Part shown: one piece after another, positions 39,401 to 54,560 of the stretch
How positions within the stretch are numbered: the first letter of the stretch is position 1
Layout: every line of letters begins with the position of its first letter
From: Octopus sinensis
Taxonomy: Eukaryota
Length of the DNA: 64,000 bases
NCBI RefSeq assembly: GCF_006345805.1
Contig: NC_043005.1
Coordinates: 69,378,001 to 69,442,000, forward strand
Direction of reading: 5' to 3'
Program-made: the position numbers and the translations under genes
Notes under the pieces: generated by a model
What the model saw: only the letters and a program-made list of their open reading frames with translations
Told to the model about the DNA's origin: nothing
Databases searched by the model: none

Positions 39401-39664
39401 TACTCTTTTACTTGTTTCACACATTTGAATGTGGCCATGCTGGAGCACCGCCTTTTAGTCGAGCAGATTGACCCCGGGACTTATTCTTTGTAAGCCCAGT
39501 ACTTTTTCTATCTGTGTCTTTTGCCGATTCGCTAAATGACAGGGACGTAAACACACCAACATCACTTGTCAAGCAATGCTACAGGCACAAACACACACAC
39601 ACAAACACATACACACACACACATACACACACACACACACACAAACACATACACACACACACAT

Positions 39665-39723
<59 letters not shown>

Positions 39724-39882
39724 TACGACAGGCTTCTTTCAATTTCCGTCTACGAAATCTACTCACAAGGCGTTGGTTGGCTCCAGGCTATAGCAGAAGA
39801 CACTTGCCCAAGATGCCACGAAGTGGGGCTGAACCCGGAACTATGTGGTAGGTTAGCAAGCTACTTACCACACAGCCACTCC
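39401..39882 (-). mobile_element. Full-length SINE family B with expanded internal (CA)n(TA)n
   Basis: Collinear with 28318-28740. Confidence 0.9.
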
Positions 39883-41343
39883 AAAATTACATAAAATTTG
39901 TTGTGTTTTTATAACATTTGTGTCTTAAAACATTTGTTCGTTTCTGACCGAAGAATAATATGATATAAACGTATCTTAAGACCATCCAGCAACGAATGGT
40001 ACCGGTTAAGATGAAGATAACTATTGAGAGGTTTCACTTTCTGTATATACAATATTTTACCTTTATAATTGATGGAAAATAAAATATGCACGTGCTGTGA
40101 CAGTTTTATTAGTCATTCCGTCAAAGTGTATATCTACTGAAATCCTAACCATCATAGTTTATAATAAACTGGTAGTTGTACATGGGTACAATAAACATTA
40201 AAAATACAATAAACATAATTTACAGGAAATCCTATTGGTTTATCCATTCGATTCAAGGGCGAGGTCGGCATATATATTTTCCTTGTATCTTTGCTGATGC
40301 TCAGTATATGTATTATTATTTCTTCTGTTTATCTTCCCACAGATGACAACATAGTCCAGTGACATCTTCCGTACAATAGTTAGATCACCAGATATTTGAT
40401 AACCGTAATTCTTCTGATACAGTGAAACAATATATAATGAGCGAAATTGATACGTTCCAGGAAATACTCATTCTTTAGATATTATTCGTATTTTTCCTCT
40501 GACATTACGTATGCGAGAATCGGAAGCGAATTTTACTTCAATTCCATCAATAATTTCTACTCATTTATTTTTTGCTTCCTCCGCAAATCTTCTTTGCATA
40601 AACGCTTACAATTATATTTACTGTAATGTAGTTCGTCTCTTAGGTTGCTGAAAGCTTCCTTGTTCGTTTTCACTTTGATATTTCTAATTATTGCATAAAC
40701 TCTGTGGGCACTTTTATAAAATATTTTCGATTTCATAAAGCCTGGTAGAGACGGGTAGATACATTATTCTGCAAAGCTGGAAGAAATCTTATAATATGAA
40801 ATTTGGTAAAAGTAATATATTACACTATACTCGGAAATTCATACTTGAATTTCATTGACTTTATATAAGTAGCACCTTTAGTAGATAGGATATCTAAATG
40901 TATTTGCACAAATCACGTTTATTTTACCAGAATGTCATGTAAAATCTTAATGATGGCTATCTACATAAAACTAATATACACAAGGGAAGTTAATGAATAT
41001 CGGAAGTTATATCAGTCCATTATTATTCTTAGAGTATGCAGATGAAGTAGGCCAAGTATTATTTTCTTGTCAGATGTAACATGTTGAGGAGAAATATCAT
41101 CCGACACTTCAGCAACAACAGTACAAAAAAGGAAACCCCAAAACCTTGAATGGTGGTGGTCAAGGGTAGGCCTAGACTCTAGTTGAAGCCAGTAAGATAG
41201 CAAAGAAGTAATCATACAAATAATTAAATTATTATAACATATATTTTGTCGGTATGAAATGGTAACTTGGATTATGTGTTGCTGAATACTTAATGGTGGA
41301 TGATGTACATCGGTTTTATAATTCTGTATGCTCATTCATACAC

Positions 41344-41830
41344 ACTTTACGCTTTAGTTAGATAGAGAGGCGTGGAGGGGAAATGAATATGAGAGAGAGG
41401 GACGAATGAAAGGGAACTGCGGAGGGAGAGGCAGTGAGAAAGCAGACAGCTAGGCGATGCATAGCACTGTCACATGATTAGTGGAAGTGAGAGGCACAAA
41501 GAAAGAAACGACAGACATGTTTACAATTAAAACGCGGGATTTACAAGGCTAGGGTTTGTTGAGGCACGAGGTAAAGAGAAAGCACTCGAGAGAGAAAGAG
41601 AGAGAGTGAGAGAGTCTTTGTCGGTAGAAATTTTAAATCACAGCTTACGCATTAGTTAGAGTGGGAGGAGAGGTGTAAATGGGAGGTCGAGTGATAGTGA
41701 GAGAGAGAGAGGGGGAGGTAAAGTATGTGAGGTAGCAGATAGCCAGCCGATGCATTACGCTTTCTTGTGGTTAGTCGAAGTTAGGGGTGAAGAGAAAGCG
41801 AGAGATCTTTACGACGTGAAGGAGGGAATT
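41344..41830 (+). repeat. Diverged GA-rich tandem duplication (period about 300 bp)
   Basis: CTTTACGCTTTAGTTAGA...AGCAGACAGCTAGGCGATGCAT...TTAGTGGAAGT versus CTTACGCATTAGTTAGA...AGCAGATAGCCAGCCGATGCAT...TTAGTCGAAGT. Confidence 0.6.
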
Positions 41831-41878
41831 ACATAATTAAAAATTTCTTGAAATAATAGGTAAACATAAAAAGAGAGC

Positions 41879-41914
<36 letters not shown>

Positions 41915-42629
41915 AGGGAGAGAGAGTAAGGGAAAGTAAAAGATGGAGAAAGAGTGATGTTTTAGCTGAGATATTTTAAAATCATATATTATTGTGATTG
42001 GAAATGTAATAACTTCGGAAAATAGCAATGGCTGATATTTCCTTTATAATTTGGAAGAGAAACTAATGAAAATAAAAAAAAACATTGTGAATTTTCTCAA
42101 TATCCTTTTGTGCAGATCAACTGTACATAATATGAATTATGTGCTGTTTCATCAGAACTAAATACTGACGAATGATATGTGTATTAAATATTGTTAAGAT
42201 AGTTATTGTACATAAATTTTTGTACCGTTTGTTGCATGGTCAACAATAAGATTTATATATAATATAAATTCAAATCAACCTTTCTTTCGTGTCCTGCTAG
42301 TTAAGCAAATAATGTACGTTGTAAGCGTAACCAGTCTTGTGTGGTGTGTAGTTTATATGTTGTTCTCTAGCAAATTTCCTGTGTGTAGTTATAACTCCTT
42401 GTTAAAGTATTTCATGGGACTTCCGTGGGCGTATGAATCCGAATTTACACTCATTTTATGAAGAACATTATACAATTTTCTTATATAAATATTCCGTATT
42501 GCAGGTGTGTTTTTCAATGGATTCTAAATGCACGTAGTAGTTGGTTTCCAAAGGATATAATCGATATATATCTCTATTTGAACAATACTTTACTATTTCG
42601 TTATATTGAAGGCTGCGAGATGGAAAAAA

Positions 42630-42790
42630 ATCGCTACCGTGACGGGCATAATGTTTAGCAGCATTTCGTCAGTCTTTACGTTCTGATTTCAAATCCCGTC
42701 GCGATCGAATTTTCCTTTCATTCTTTCGGGTGCAACAAAATAAGTACCAGTAGTCGACGTACTCGCTACTTGAACCTGCTGGCCTTGGGC
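42630..42790 (+). mobile_element. Decayed SINE family C
   Basis: GCATTTCGTCAGTCTTTACGTTCTGATTTCAAATCCCG...TAAGTACCAG...CTGCTGGCCTTGGGCAAAAATTT. Confidence 0.7.
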
Positions 42791-45700
42791 AAAAATTTTA
42801 ATGTAATATTTCGCCATAATCTTTTTCAGTATTTCTCAAGAAATTGTGACGATTCGTTTGGATAGTATTAATAACGGACACAACAGTAAATAAGATTCAG
42901 CGTTGTGCGATGCATTGTCTTTTTATCATTTTTTGTACATTTATGTAAAGAAAAAGGACACTCCATTTGTTTTCCCTTGCTGAACTCTAAATCAACTCAG
43001 ACCGCTAAGAAATGGTATCAAACCACATATATAGTGATAATCACAAAACATTTCGGATTAACGGTCACCATATCCATCTTCTTCAATGTTTTCATTAAAC
43101 AGCAGTTTCAATCTAATTTATAACAAAGTGAACAGTTGTTTAAATGGTTATATTCGCTCTAGAGTAACACGCACTTGTTCAATAACTAGTATTAAAACAA
43201 GCCTTTGTGAATTTCACAAAAGTAAGGATTCGTTTGGTGAGCAAATTATGAAGTCAAGTATCATAGACACAGGGAAATTGTTTAAAGTGTAGCCCCAGCA
43301 TGAGCATAGTCCGGTGATGCAAAAAAGTAAACGATAAAAGACCACGGTTGTTGATTTATATTTCCTTTATCGAAAATGAAATAAAGGTAAGTAGACTATC
43401 TCAGGTATATGTAATAGGGGAATAAATAGCCGGAACAAATGCCGCACGGTATTTTCATAGTTCTTTGACGATTCTGATAGGTCGGTGACTTTAAAAGATT
43501 TTTCACATTTCAGTATGGACCAATATATTCAGTGGAAACATTCTCCCAACCTAGCTTATATATGTACATGGGTGTATACTTTCTTCTCGTTTTCAATCAG
43601 AAAATATAAGTGTAATAAGAAGAATAACACTTAAAATATATGCAATGCACTGTTCAATATTGTTTCATTATGTCACAATTTGTATCTGAAGGCTTCTTTG
43701 TTTCTTTTGCAACATATTGGCTATATTCGAGCGTGCATTTTAAAATACTTGTCTGGGTTGTTAACAGACGAACTTAATCTATGAAATGGTGATCTAGAGG
43801 AAGATGCTTTCAGAACGTAAATGCTATTTTATTGGAGAACAGATTCTATAAACATGCGTTAAGAGAACAATCAGAAATATACTACATTTCATATTACTTC
43901 GTACAATATAAACGAATGGAAATAATCAATCTAGCGAGTCCATTAATTTAGGTATTTCAAAACAGTAAATAAATAAATAAATAACAGTTATGAAGTATTT
44001 ATCAATAGGTGAGATTTTAACCATCAAATTCACAACAGATAAATAAAACAACATAAATAAATAAAATTAAATAAAATTAAAAAGACAAACGTACCCTGGT
44101 TCAGGATATGTTTCAAATATGTACCGTGATATATTTAAATCTTGAAAATAGCAGAATCATGTATTGAAAGGGGAAAAATACCGTTTGCATAAAAAGCCGA
44201 TTATACACGGAATCAATTAAAGAATTTTTACATATTTGAAATAGTAATTTATTATATGAAAGTTTGTTCTGCAACGAATTAAGTGTAAGTATGACTTTTA
44301 ACCCAACATCTCAGCGAAATTTACAGTTGCTGATTTTACCACGATAGCTGTCGCGTATTTATATCGGGACAAACTCATGTAATATTCCCTTTTCTGTTTA
44401 TCATTATGGCGCCCGTAATTGGAAGGAAACACTCACTTCTATGTGTAATAGGTTATGCGACTATGAATGTTTCCCCTGTAGTATTGTCTAGTACGAATTA
44501 ACATGTGCCTGTGTATTTGTGAGCCGATTCCTACAAGCGAATACCTTTCTTATGATGGAAATTATAATGCAGTTTTCAAACAGTACAATAGAATCCTAAT
44601 ATGAATTATTTCGGAAATGTAAAATCCAATTTTGTGAATAAAAATAATTTAGGTTCAGCATACGTATAAGACGTCATGCAAAATACATCACATATTTAAC
44701 ATAATGCAGAACTTAGATGCATCTTCAGAATCATCCAGACTAACATGAGAAAGATATGGATAAAATTACAACCGACTTATTGTAGAAGAGAGTGTAGGTT
44801 AGAATGTGCAAGATATACTATGACGTTAAACCGGGTTCACGGTCTTTCAGATGTAGATAGTCTTGTATAAAGTGGATTTGGTGTAAAACACAAAGAAAAG
44901 ATCTAATAACAATAGCAAAAGCTGAATATATCTTCTTATGTTTTGAAATTTCCTGATATTGAGTATAGCATATCTGCATTTATTGGAAAGTAACAGGAGG
45001 CTATACTTAACTTCGTAGATTTTCTCACTAACGTTGGAATCTTCCCTTTAAACATATGCCCACAAAATGAGCTGAAGTTTATATACAACTGAATTGTATT
45101 TTTCCAAAAAATAATATGAAGATATGTTCAGGAACAATGCTTAAATTTGGAACATTTTTGTTCAATTACACGTGTTTTTATAAATGATGATGCCTCAAGA
45201 TTTATTTTATAATTGTTTAGCCAGATGTAAAAACATTTTTCAGATGGATGCTTGAATAACAAATGGATTCTAATTTGTCAAATATACAAATCCCTCATCA
45301 AATGGATTTCTATATTTACGACATACAATAAGTTGAAAACATACGATAAATAAAATATTTTACAGTTGCTGAAAATGCAGGGATACTACTTTGGCGAATA
45401 ATATAAAACATAAAACAGAATAATAAATATAAAATAGATAAACTCTATAATGTTGCGTTTATATTCCTGAGGGAGATCACTTCGTTAAATCGCTTAATAG
45501 AACAAAGTATTCAGTTCCGTTGAGCTAACTAATTTAATGCATAATTGTAACTTCAACAATTAATCAATCTATTAAACCGAATTATATAGAGGATTTAACA
45601 TATAATGACACGCTAACAATTGACTCGAACAGGATACTATTGTTACACATAATTAAAATCTCTTTTCTACGGGATTGGCCTGTGGATTGCGCAAGATTCT

Positions 45701-48539
45701 ACCTATAGAACAATAGAGATTCGCTTATAAAGTTCTCTATTACACAATATAACCGGATTTAAATTAAGAATAAAATAAACATTGATTTCGAGTCGATGCA
45801 CAGTTTTCCGGTGTAGTATTGTGTTTAATAAGTACCGATGCAAGAATTAAGACTATCTCATTTGCATTAAGAATATATCAGTTATTTTGGAAATAATAAA
45901 CAATGAAAGATAAAATGCTTTGATTATATATAACTTCATATATTTCTGTTATATTGTAACGTTTGCTTTCTCAGTTCATCACAATAAACATATTTCTGAT
46001 CATAGAATATTTGTTGAAGACTTTTTGAAAGTACTATTGATTATTATACTCACGCTATTATTTGGTGAAGTAAAAGCTTTTATCTATTACTTTCAGTATT
46101 ACGATTACTAGAAAATTCTTTCACTAATCAAAGGTGAGAAAACAAGAAGTAAGCTACATGAAATGCTGAACGAGTTTGACAACGATACTATCATATTACT
46201 AATATATTAAAACAAATATAAAGCGTTCAACTCACTGTTTAATATAACAATGGTGGAAATTCTATTCAACTGGTTTTAAATCAAAATAAATTGTCAGTTG
46301 TTATCTTTTTTTTATCTTCCTAACCCTTCAAAACAGTAAAATGTTTTCCAGACATATCCAGGTAGATATCAGTGACTTTCCTTTTAATTCTTGTCCTTCA
46401 ATTGCAAATAAAGATTTATTTTTTTTAATGTTAACTATTGTCTCAATGAACAGCATCTTACCTTTAAGTTAAAGAAAATTAATCCTAGGATATATTCCAA
46501 GTAGCAGTCCCCCAATAGAGACAATATACCTGCAACAAACTTATGTCTGATTTCCGCATAATAATCTAGCAATGGATGCTACTATCAATAGCAAATTGAC
46601 GCATATTAGTCACTCTTGCTCGTCAATAAATATTAGAGCAGAGACAGCAAAGACAGACATAATTACTACAATCTAGGGAACAAAATACCTATCAATATCA
46701 TCAGGAGCAAATGTAGATATTGGCAGATATTTTCGAACAGAAAAATGTATCAGATATAGGCGATTGTAAAAACGCAGCCGTGACAGAGGGAACATTCTTA
46801 CTCATAGTGCCTTAGAATGAAACGCAAAGGTATAAAGAGACTGCGCATATATATGAGACTGACTATTGGACATCTTAAATATTAAATGTTTGTATGGGCG
46901 TATGTAGGATACGTAGATATATACCGCATGCGTTAAAACACGATCGTTATTTGTCGGAAGGTTTAGTTATATCAATGCATATCTGCTGTTGTCGTCTATG
47001 AAGCAGTTGCTCTTGTATTTCCCTACTCCGAAATCTGGATGACGTTGTCAAGAACTATATAAGAATTTCTGAAGTCTATTGACTTGGTTTTAGTGGTTGT
47101 GATATTTTAGAAACCTGAAATCTAAAGATAAATATGATCTTCCTCATAAAGAACGTATACATAATTGGATTTAGATAGCCGAAAGCTGAAGCAAAGGTTG
47201 AAATTTCACGAACGCGCTCGAGATTTCAAGATATTGACAATGGAAATTATCTTTCCTATCAAGAAAATATTCAAGATATTCGAATATTTGAAATATCTGA
47301 AACCTTCATTCTAGAATTTACAGGTGCAAATATAAATAAAATTCAGGCAACATTACCATAAGCGATATACAGTGTAGATCATGTCAACTTCAACAGATGT
47401 GTAAGAAAGGATAGCAGCAAATTAGAAACGGGACTAGATGATGTCAAACATACGCCGTATGGCTTTTAACTATCTCTTCGATACGATGAAAAACGACCGC
47501 ATTGTTCGGATAACGTTGCATGCTCTGGAAAATAAAAAGGATCACAAACTTTTAGATAATCGTTAATATAGAAGACACAGTTAACACAAGAACAATCTTG
47601 TCTTTGGCAGTGCAAATTCACTGCATGCACTGTGATCTCAAGTAGACAACTGTAAAGTGTTAACAACATTTTCCAATATATCTGGGAGACGACAGCATCA
47701 GATACTGGAGTTTAATAATACAGCTTGCTGTGTATCTCTTCTGAAACAAACGATGCAGCGACACTCAGATGCTACAGATTGTTGGATCTACATCCTCTGT
47801 CTACTTGTCATTGAGAGATCCGATTAAGAGCAGAAATGGATAAACTACTTGAGAAATTTGGGTTTCATGTTTCTGTGTCAGCTACAGATCGGCTGCGAAC
47901 TGCTAGCACTCGAAAGATCGTAAGACTTACATTGGTGTAGCTACTGGCTATGAACTGGTTAAATATAATTAAGAGCATATATTCTATAAAATGTTATCAA
48001 TTGCAGCAAACACGCTAGGCAAGTGAGTGAGATGTTTCAAAGTTGATTCAGTCGGAGGCGGATATATTTTGGGTTCACCTGTATAAGGACTGAGAAGATG
48101 TGTTGGATCCGTAAAATATTCTATGATAGATGTCCTGTAAACTAAATAGCCACTCATTAGGATATTTGTATCTTGAATGTTGAAAGTGTTGAAGAGCCCC
48201 TGAATGTCTTAGCATAAAAGAAGTCTCTTCTGGAATAAACTTACGACATCACTGTGAACATTTAAGAGGCAGAAGAGACATATGAAATATAACATGGGAA
48301 TATGGTATAGCTGACTTTACCCCCACCATCGGTGTGATTTGCACCTCAAATATACTTACCTTCGTGTCAGTTACAGAACTCAGGAGCATAAAGACTGGCA
48401 ACGTTCGCGATGATTTTTGATATTAGAGAAGATTTTCCGATTTAATAAAAATGCAATTACTGCCAAAGCATACGAGAAAGGATTTTAGTGATGAAATTTC
48501 TGATGATGCACATGCCTTAATGGTAGCTCATGTGCTGGA

Positions 48540-49010
48540 GACTACGATAATGTGAAGTAAGTTAAGGGTTTTTCTAAGGATGTTGGCAGCTCTAGTCAGC
48601 ACAATCTTTTGGATTTCTCTGGTACATCGTCGTCTTGGAATTTTATCTAGATGTTTCTGACATCTCATGCTTATCTTGCCTTGGGCACCTACAATAATGG
48701 AAACAATTCTCGCGTTAAGATGCCACATATTTTGTATGTTAATTTCCAGGTCCTTATATTTAGTTAATTCATGAAATTCTTTAACAGATATATTTTTATC
48801 AGTAGGAAAACTTACTTCTATTACTCTAGAAGTATTTCCTTGCACGTCTTTAATAATTATGTCAGTTTGATAAGCCTGAATCGTTCTGTCAGGGTTCAAT
48901 GTAAAATCACAGAGAGTAGTGATATTCTTACCATGAACGGGTGGCTCAGGATGACGTTCATACCAGTTAGCAAGACTGCTGATATTGTTGTGTATATACC
49001 GTGGCATATA
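48540..49010 (-). pseudogene. R4/Dong-clade LINE C-terminal restriction-like endonuclease remnant
   Basis: ORF 48528..49007: WYERHPEP...DRTIQAYQTDIIIKD...VIEVSFPTDKNISVKEFHELTKYKDLEINIQNMWHL...IIVGAQG...IQKIVLTRAANILRKTL. Confidence 0.88.
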
Positions 49011-49098
49011 TTATTATTGATAATTTTTAAATGTTATACGTAGAACGATTGTGGTAATGATAATTACTGAGGTTATGGCGGCGATACAATATAAGCAC

Positions 49099-49148
<50 letters not shown>

Positions 49149-49746
49149 AAACAGTCCTTGGACGGAAATTGTATGCACATTTTGATTTGACAGTTAATGG
49201 TGGCTAAACTCAGGCTAGGATTGTGCAAAAAATTGGCAGGGATACTAAATGCGTGGTCAGGATGAGACCCGCGATGGTTAAAATTCGCAAGCTATAAAGT
49301 TGTGGTTGCTATGGCAAAAAGAGTAATTGTTTATCGATTCAAGGGGGCCCGGAGCCCCTCTAGGTTTGTGTTATAGGCATTTAATGCTCAGCGGCATGCA
49401 CTGCAGGCTGTTGCGCGTAATTTTTTAATATTTGGCTGATTTTCTTCAACCCTGTTTTTGGTTTTTGTTTTTGTTATTTTTATTTGTACCTACTTAGTGT
49501 ACGAGTTTCTCTTTTTCAATTACAAATTAAGCCAGGTCGGTGTTGTCTCCCCTACATTCTCTACCTTGACGGTATTGTAGTAGCTCTCGATCTTTTTCTT
49601 TAGTTGTAACATACACAAATTTACTGGAATAAAGTACAATGTTTTAAAGAAGCAATAAATCAAAACTGAGCTATTGCTAAGATATTTAAGAAAGATGCAT
49701 TTGAAAGCTGTCTAAAAATAGTTCAGTTCCTTAGCATTAACTTTTA

Positions 49747-49800
<54 letters not shown>

Positions 49801-49859
49801 GTGTGTGTGTGTGTGTGTATGTGTGTGTGTGTGCGTATGTGCATACATGTGCTCGTGTA

Positions 49860-50130
49860 TATAGAAATAAAGAGAGGAATAGAGAGATGGGCTCTCAAAA
49901 ACAAATCTCGTGGAATACCGCGAACGACTCATGAAAGAATTAATTGTCAAGTTGAGGGCGTTCCGCCCGGCACGTCCGACCTCCACTCCAACCCCATGAG
50001 GGGCGGTGATAAGGCCTCAGACGGTCGTTGTCTCACAAAAGATCATATAAACGATGTGCGCAAACACAGACATGAAAGGGCAAATCTAGAAGGAAGTCGC
50101 AGAGTAGGCCGACGTACTTTCGAATTATCA
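49860..50130 (-). mobile_element. GC-rich short repeat-like element, possibly Penelope-derived
   Basis: GC-rich island between (TG)n and (ATT)n/(CAT)n; the minus strand begins with a hammerhead-like half motif GAAAGTACGTC-GGCC. Confidence 0.35.
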
Positions 50131-50139
50131 TTATTACTA

Positions 50140-50176
<37 letters not shown>

Positions 50177-51020
50177 GTTGTTATTATTATTATTATCATC
50201 ATTATTATTTTTATCATCATCATCACCATCATCTTCATCATCATCATCATCATCACCACCATCATCGTCATAATCATTTACAGCTGTTGATTGACTATCT
50301 AATTAGTAGTGATTTTCTTTGAATGTTGTTAAATGATTTCGTGAACTCCTTAAACAAACGGCTTGCTTTACAATACTAGTAGGATGCAATGCTGCGCCCG
50401 GCTTGCAGCTTGAGAATATATTTCTCACTTCCATTATACTCCTAGCCTACTAAATTGCTGTTTGGGTTTTGGGACTAGGAAACAAGTAACCATTTAACTT
50501 TGTCCATCTTGCTAAATCCTGTTATTTCGATGTTGTCTCAGTTACAAAGATATCGATTCAACCACTATAGTCATAAAAATAGAAACCATTATAATCTAGC
50601 AGTTTTTTCTGTCTCCTGTGCTATCGTAGTTGGTCTACTTGCTTCAACATCATGCTTAATCGTTGCGGAAAAATCAAATAAAGTCCTTTAATTATTATTC
50701 AACATCACAACCTCTGGCTAGTACTCAAAGCAATTTTCTGTCATTCACTTAAATTCCAATAAAATAATTTACGGAAACACTGAAATCGCCATTTGTACTC
50801 TTTTTGTCCTTCCTTAATAGATGATCGTCAGAGATAATTGACTCTTACTTTGTCTTTAACTTTGATTTTGCATTCGTTTTCTACCTAATGATATCCGTTA
50901 TAATGCCATAATATACATATACAAACATACAAATTATATATATATATATATATATCTTTATATTTATATATATATGTATATATATATATATGTGTGTGTA
51001 TGTGTGTATGTATGTATGTA

Positions 51021-51100
<80 letters not shown>

Positions 51101-52776
51101 TTTCCCTTTCAGGCTTATGTACTGTTAGATACAACCACCGTTCATTATTATCAATGTTCCACGCCTTTTGCCCGATCGGATAATGTAGTCTACTGTTTCC
51201 GAAGTTATGGGGTGTTGTTCATACCTCTCTACTTGAATTCTGTTCCACTTTCTTTATTTTGGGAAGTATTTGTAGTCACATATAATTTTAAGTTGCCATT
51301 ACACATGTAAAAACAGAATGTTGAAACCAATACTGTAAGAGTAGAAATAATTGCACTAATCTCCATATCTCTAAACCATCTCATATTTATCTATCCCAAA
51401 TTGTACTAATCTCCGAATCCGTATTTCATGTTATTTTTATCTATTTCAACTTGTCGCGTTTTCATACTTATATACTGTTGTTATCTCATATGTAAGTGTT
51501 TTGGAACAGATATTTTCATATGGATGAAAAATTTCCTAGCTTTCTTTGAGAAAAAATCCTATAGATTAACGGTGATATCTGTCTACGATCTCATTAACAT
51601 TGTGTGGTTGATGAGCATTTATTATTTTAAACTACGATAAATATTTTCTTGGAATAACAGTTACCGACACAAAATCCAGAGAAATGAAGACGTAATTCTA
51701 TCGAGCGTTTTTTTATGCTTTCTCTGCTGTTAATTTAACGTCATTATTGGAAACCTAATTTGCACATGTTCAAGAGACACTTTAAATGTCACTCTTACAT
51801 GAATCATTTTCAGAAAATATTTATACTTCTTGGCACTGTTTGCCACATTTTCATGCTACTGCCGACTTTTTCTATGATTTCAGTTTTATAAATACTGTTT
51901 ATGTTGCATATTGTAACATAGTTTTTCATATTTTTATGTTTCTTTTTTAAACAGATTTTACTAGATTATTATTTCTCATATTTCTCTAGTGAAATTTCCT
52001 ATTAGCAATTTATTTCTAATTTGATTGTATCTACATTTTAATTAATCCCATAAATACGAGTAATATATCATTATCCACTATAGCTGCAGTATAAAACCTT
52101 GATGTAGTAATATATGACGTTTTCCAGTGTAAATATGCAGCTTATGTCCACCACACATTTCGGGCGTGAAATAATGATTAAACTGTTTCGCTACATGCAC
52201 AGAAACTAGTTAAATCAGTAATTTAAAATTATATGTTCTCCAATAGAATCCTGCTTGTCTGTAAAGGTGCAAACAAGCTTATATTGCGCAATATATTCCT
52301 ATGTAAATAACGAAATTGTTTAATGCATGTGATTATCATTATTAATTTATTGCACAATCCAATGTAGTGAACACGATCCTGAAATCCTTGGGAATTAGCT
52401 GTATACGTCTCTTATTCAGTTATAATGCAGTATTTTGTTTTCAATTTACTTCTTAATGATATATTTAAGACATGTATTTCCAAGGAAAACGTATTTTCTG
52501 ATTTTCCATCTCTTGCGTATATATGAATATATTTCTATCAAACAGACTATAGGCTGTTACTCTAGAGTGGTGGTCTCTATGTGATTTCTCGATATTGTCT
52601 TCGCCTTTAAATGACGCCACCTGAATGGCTAGGTGGTCATACACTCTTTCCTTCACAGTGTCACCTACTTATAGCTGCGTTGAGTTGGGCGATGGAATAC
52701 GGAATGTTTTACTCAGAAACACAATCACAATGCATTGCTTGCGACAGCTATGCTGCGCACCTTACTATCCATGTAT

Positions 52777-52889
<113 letters not shown>

Positions 52890-52942
52890 ATATGTACGTA
52901 TGTATATTAACGTATATTCGCCAACTATACATATCTATCTAT

Positions 52943-53023
<81 letters not shown>

Positions 53024-53689
53024 GGTATGTATCGTCATCATAATTATCATCCTTGTACATGCTCAGTCCACTGCTGTGCTGGACGAATGACTGAAGTCGG
53101 CATTCCAACTGCTGCACATTATTTCCCTGCTTTATTTTTTTCGTAAATGAGATGTCCACTCTGTGTATTTGGTATTCCCTCTATTCTCTGTTCGTATAAA
53201 CATATGTCCCACGAAAGCCCATTTCAAAGTTTATATTTTCCAGATGATATTCGTGAAACATGTTGCAAGTCTTATCCTCTCGTTTCCTAACGTAATTAAT
53301 TTTGTTAATCGTCAGTATTCTTCTATCCATAGGTCATTGTGCTGCTCGTAATTTATTTTCAATTCTCTTTTTGACAGTCTATGTTTCATTATACCCAAAG
53401 GTAGGTGCAGCGCACTAGCTCTAGACAATTCTTCTTAGACACGCGGGAAAATTACTGCTCACGGTGTGATTCAGCTTAGGAAAGGCTGCTCAGTTATATT
53501 CGTCGCTTGATTTCTTTTATCTGGTTTTGATCCTTTAAGCTTAGTAGTTGTCCAAGAAAGATGGATTAGTTTAAGTATTCAAATATTTCATCATTTTTTA
53601 CTAATTAAATGTTTAAAATAGTTTCATTTTTTAATATCAATTCAATTTTGAAACCACGCTTTATTTCTTGTTTCTTGTTCTTTCTTCTG

Positions 53690-54116
53690 CCAGTTCTCTG
53701 AGCATTTCTATTGATTATCTAATGCTCCTGGAAATGAGTATCATATCAGTAACGACATAAGTCGATTTAGCATGCATCCTTTTCTATTTATAACTTCATT
53801 GATCAATATAAGATTATAAAAGACTTCGCTAACATAGATATGAATGGCGTTGTTGAAATGGTGTCTCCTTGTCTAACACTTTCTGAAAGTTGACACCAAT
53901 CACTTTGACGTTTATAGTTGCTGTAGTTCTACATTTGTATTTACATTCGCCAATAAATTCACGTAGTCTCCTTCGATTCCCTTTTCCTCCAGTGCTCTTA
54001 AGCATATCATTAATTTCCATGGAATCAAAAGATCTTTCAAAATTTATATAATGGTGTATAGTAATGGTATGTAGTAAGTCCAGTAGGTATTATATATATA
54101 TATATATGTAGACATG

Positions 54117-54173
<57 letters not shown>

Positions 54174-54560
54174 TATATATACATATGTGTATATATATAT
54201 GCATATGTGTGTATATATATATATATATATATGACACATATATTTGAACAAATTTGCTTAGCCAAAAACATACTCATACATATTTATGTTGTAGATATCT
54301 ATTGAAGATCAGCAATAATATTGCACTTAATGCTTCGTTTACCATGGAGTATATCATTACTCTGATTTCGCCAATATTAATGTTACAAATATTATAAATC
54401 ATGACGGTGTACGTCTCTATTTGTTCCATCAGTAACAAGACTAGACTGAGTTTAGTGCACTTGGAAATAATTTGTAACGTTTTCCTTTTCATGATGAGGC
54501 TTTTGAAGAAAATGCTTACTTTCGATTTATGTGCAGACATAAATTTTAATATGCTCACGC
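53690..54560 (-). pseudogene. Decayed RTE-clade LINE reverse transcriptase fragment, interrupted by (TA)n
   Basis: [18 protein letters not shown] (cf. FIDFEKAFDSVE.NAVL), SVRQGDTIS (cf. GVRQGDTISP), NEALSAILLLIFNRYLQ. Confidence 0.78.

Noticed and set aside
40343-40362. Strong acceptor (TTCTTCTGTTTATCTTCCCACAG) followed by DDNIVQ*
   Set aside because: An isolated signal; all frames stop within 7 codons and nothing corroborates it.
47730-47930. Possible very old RLE-LINE C-terminal remnant on the plus strand
   Set aside because: Similarity (QKWINYLRNLGF...LQIGCELL) is too weak to call without a profile search.
46462-48459. Minus-strand exon-like units 48459-48360 and 46528-46462 (YIVSIGDCYLEYILGLIFFNLK), plus a donor near 17128
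   Set aside because: The first is closed in all frames. The second only superficially resembles the cyclase IGDCY motif. They give no coherent gene model and the motif counts are within chance expectation.
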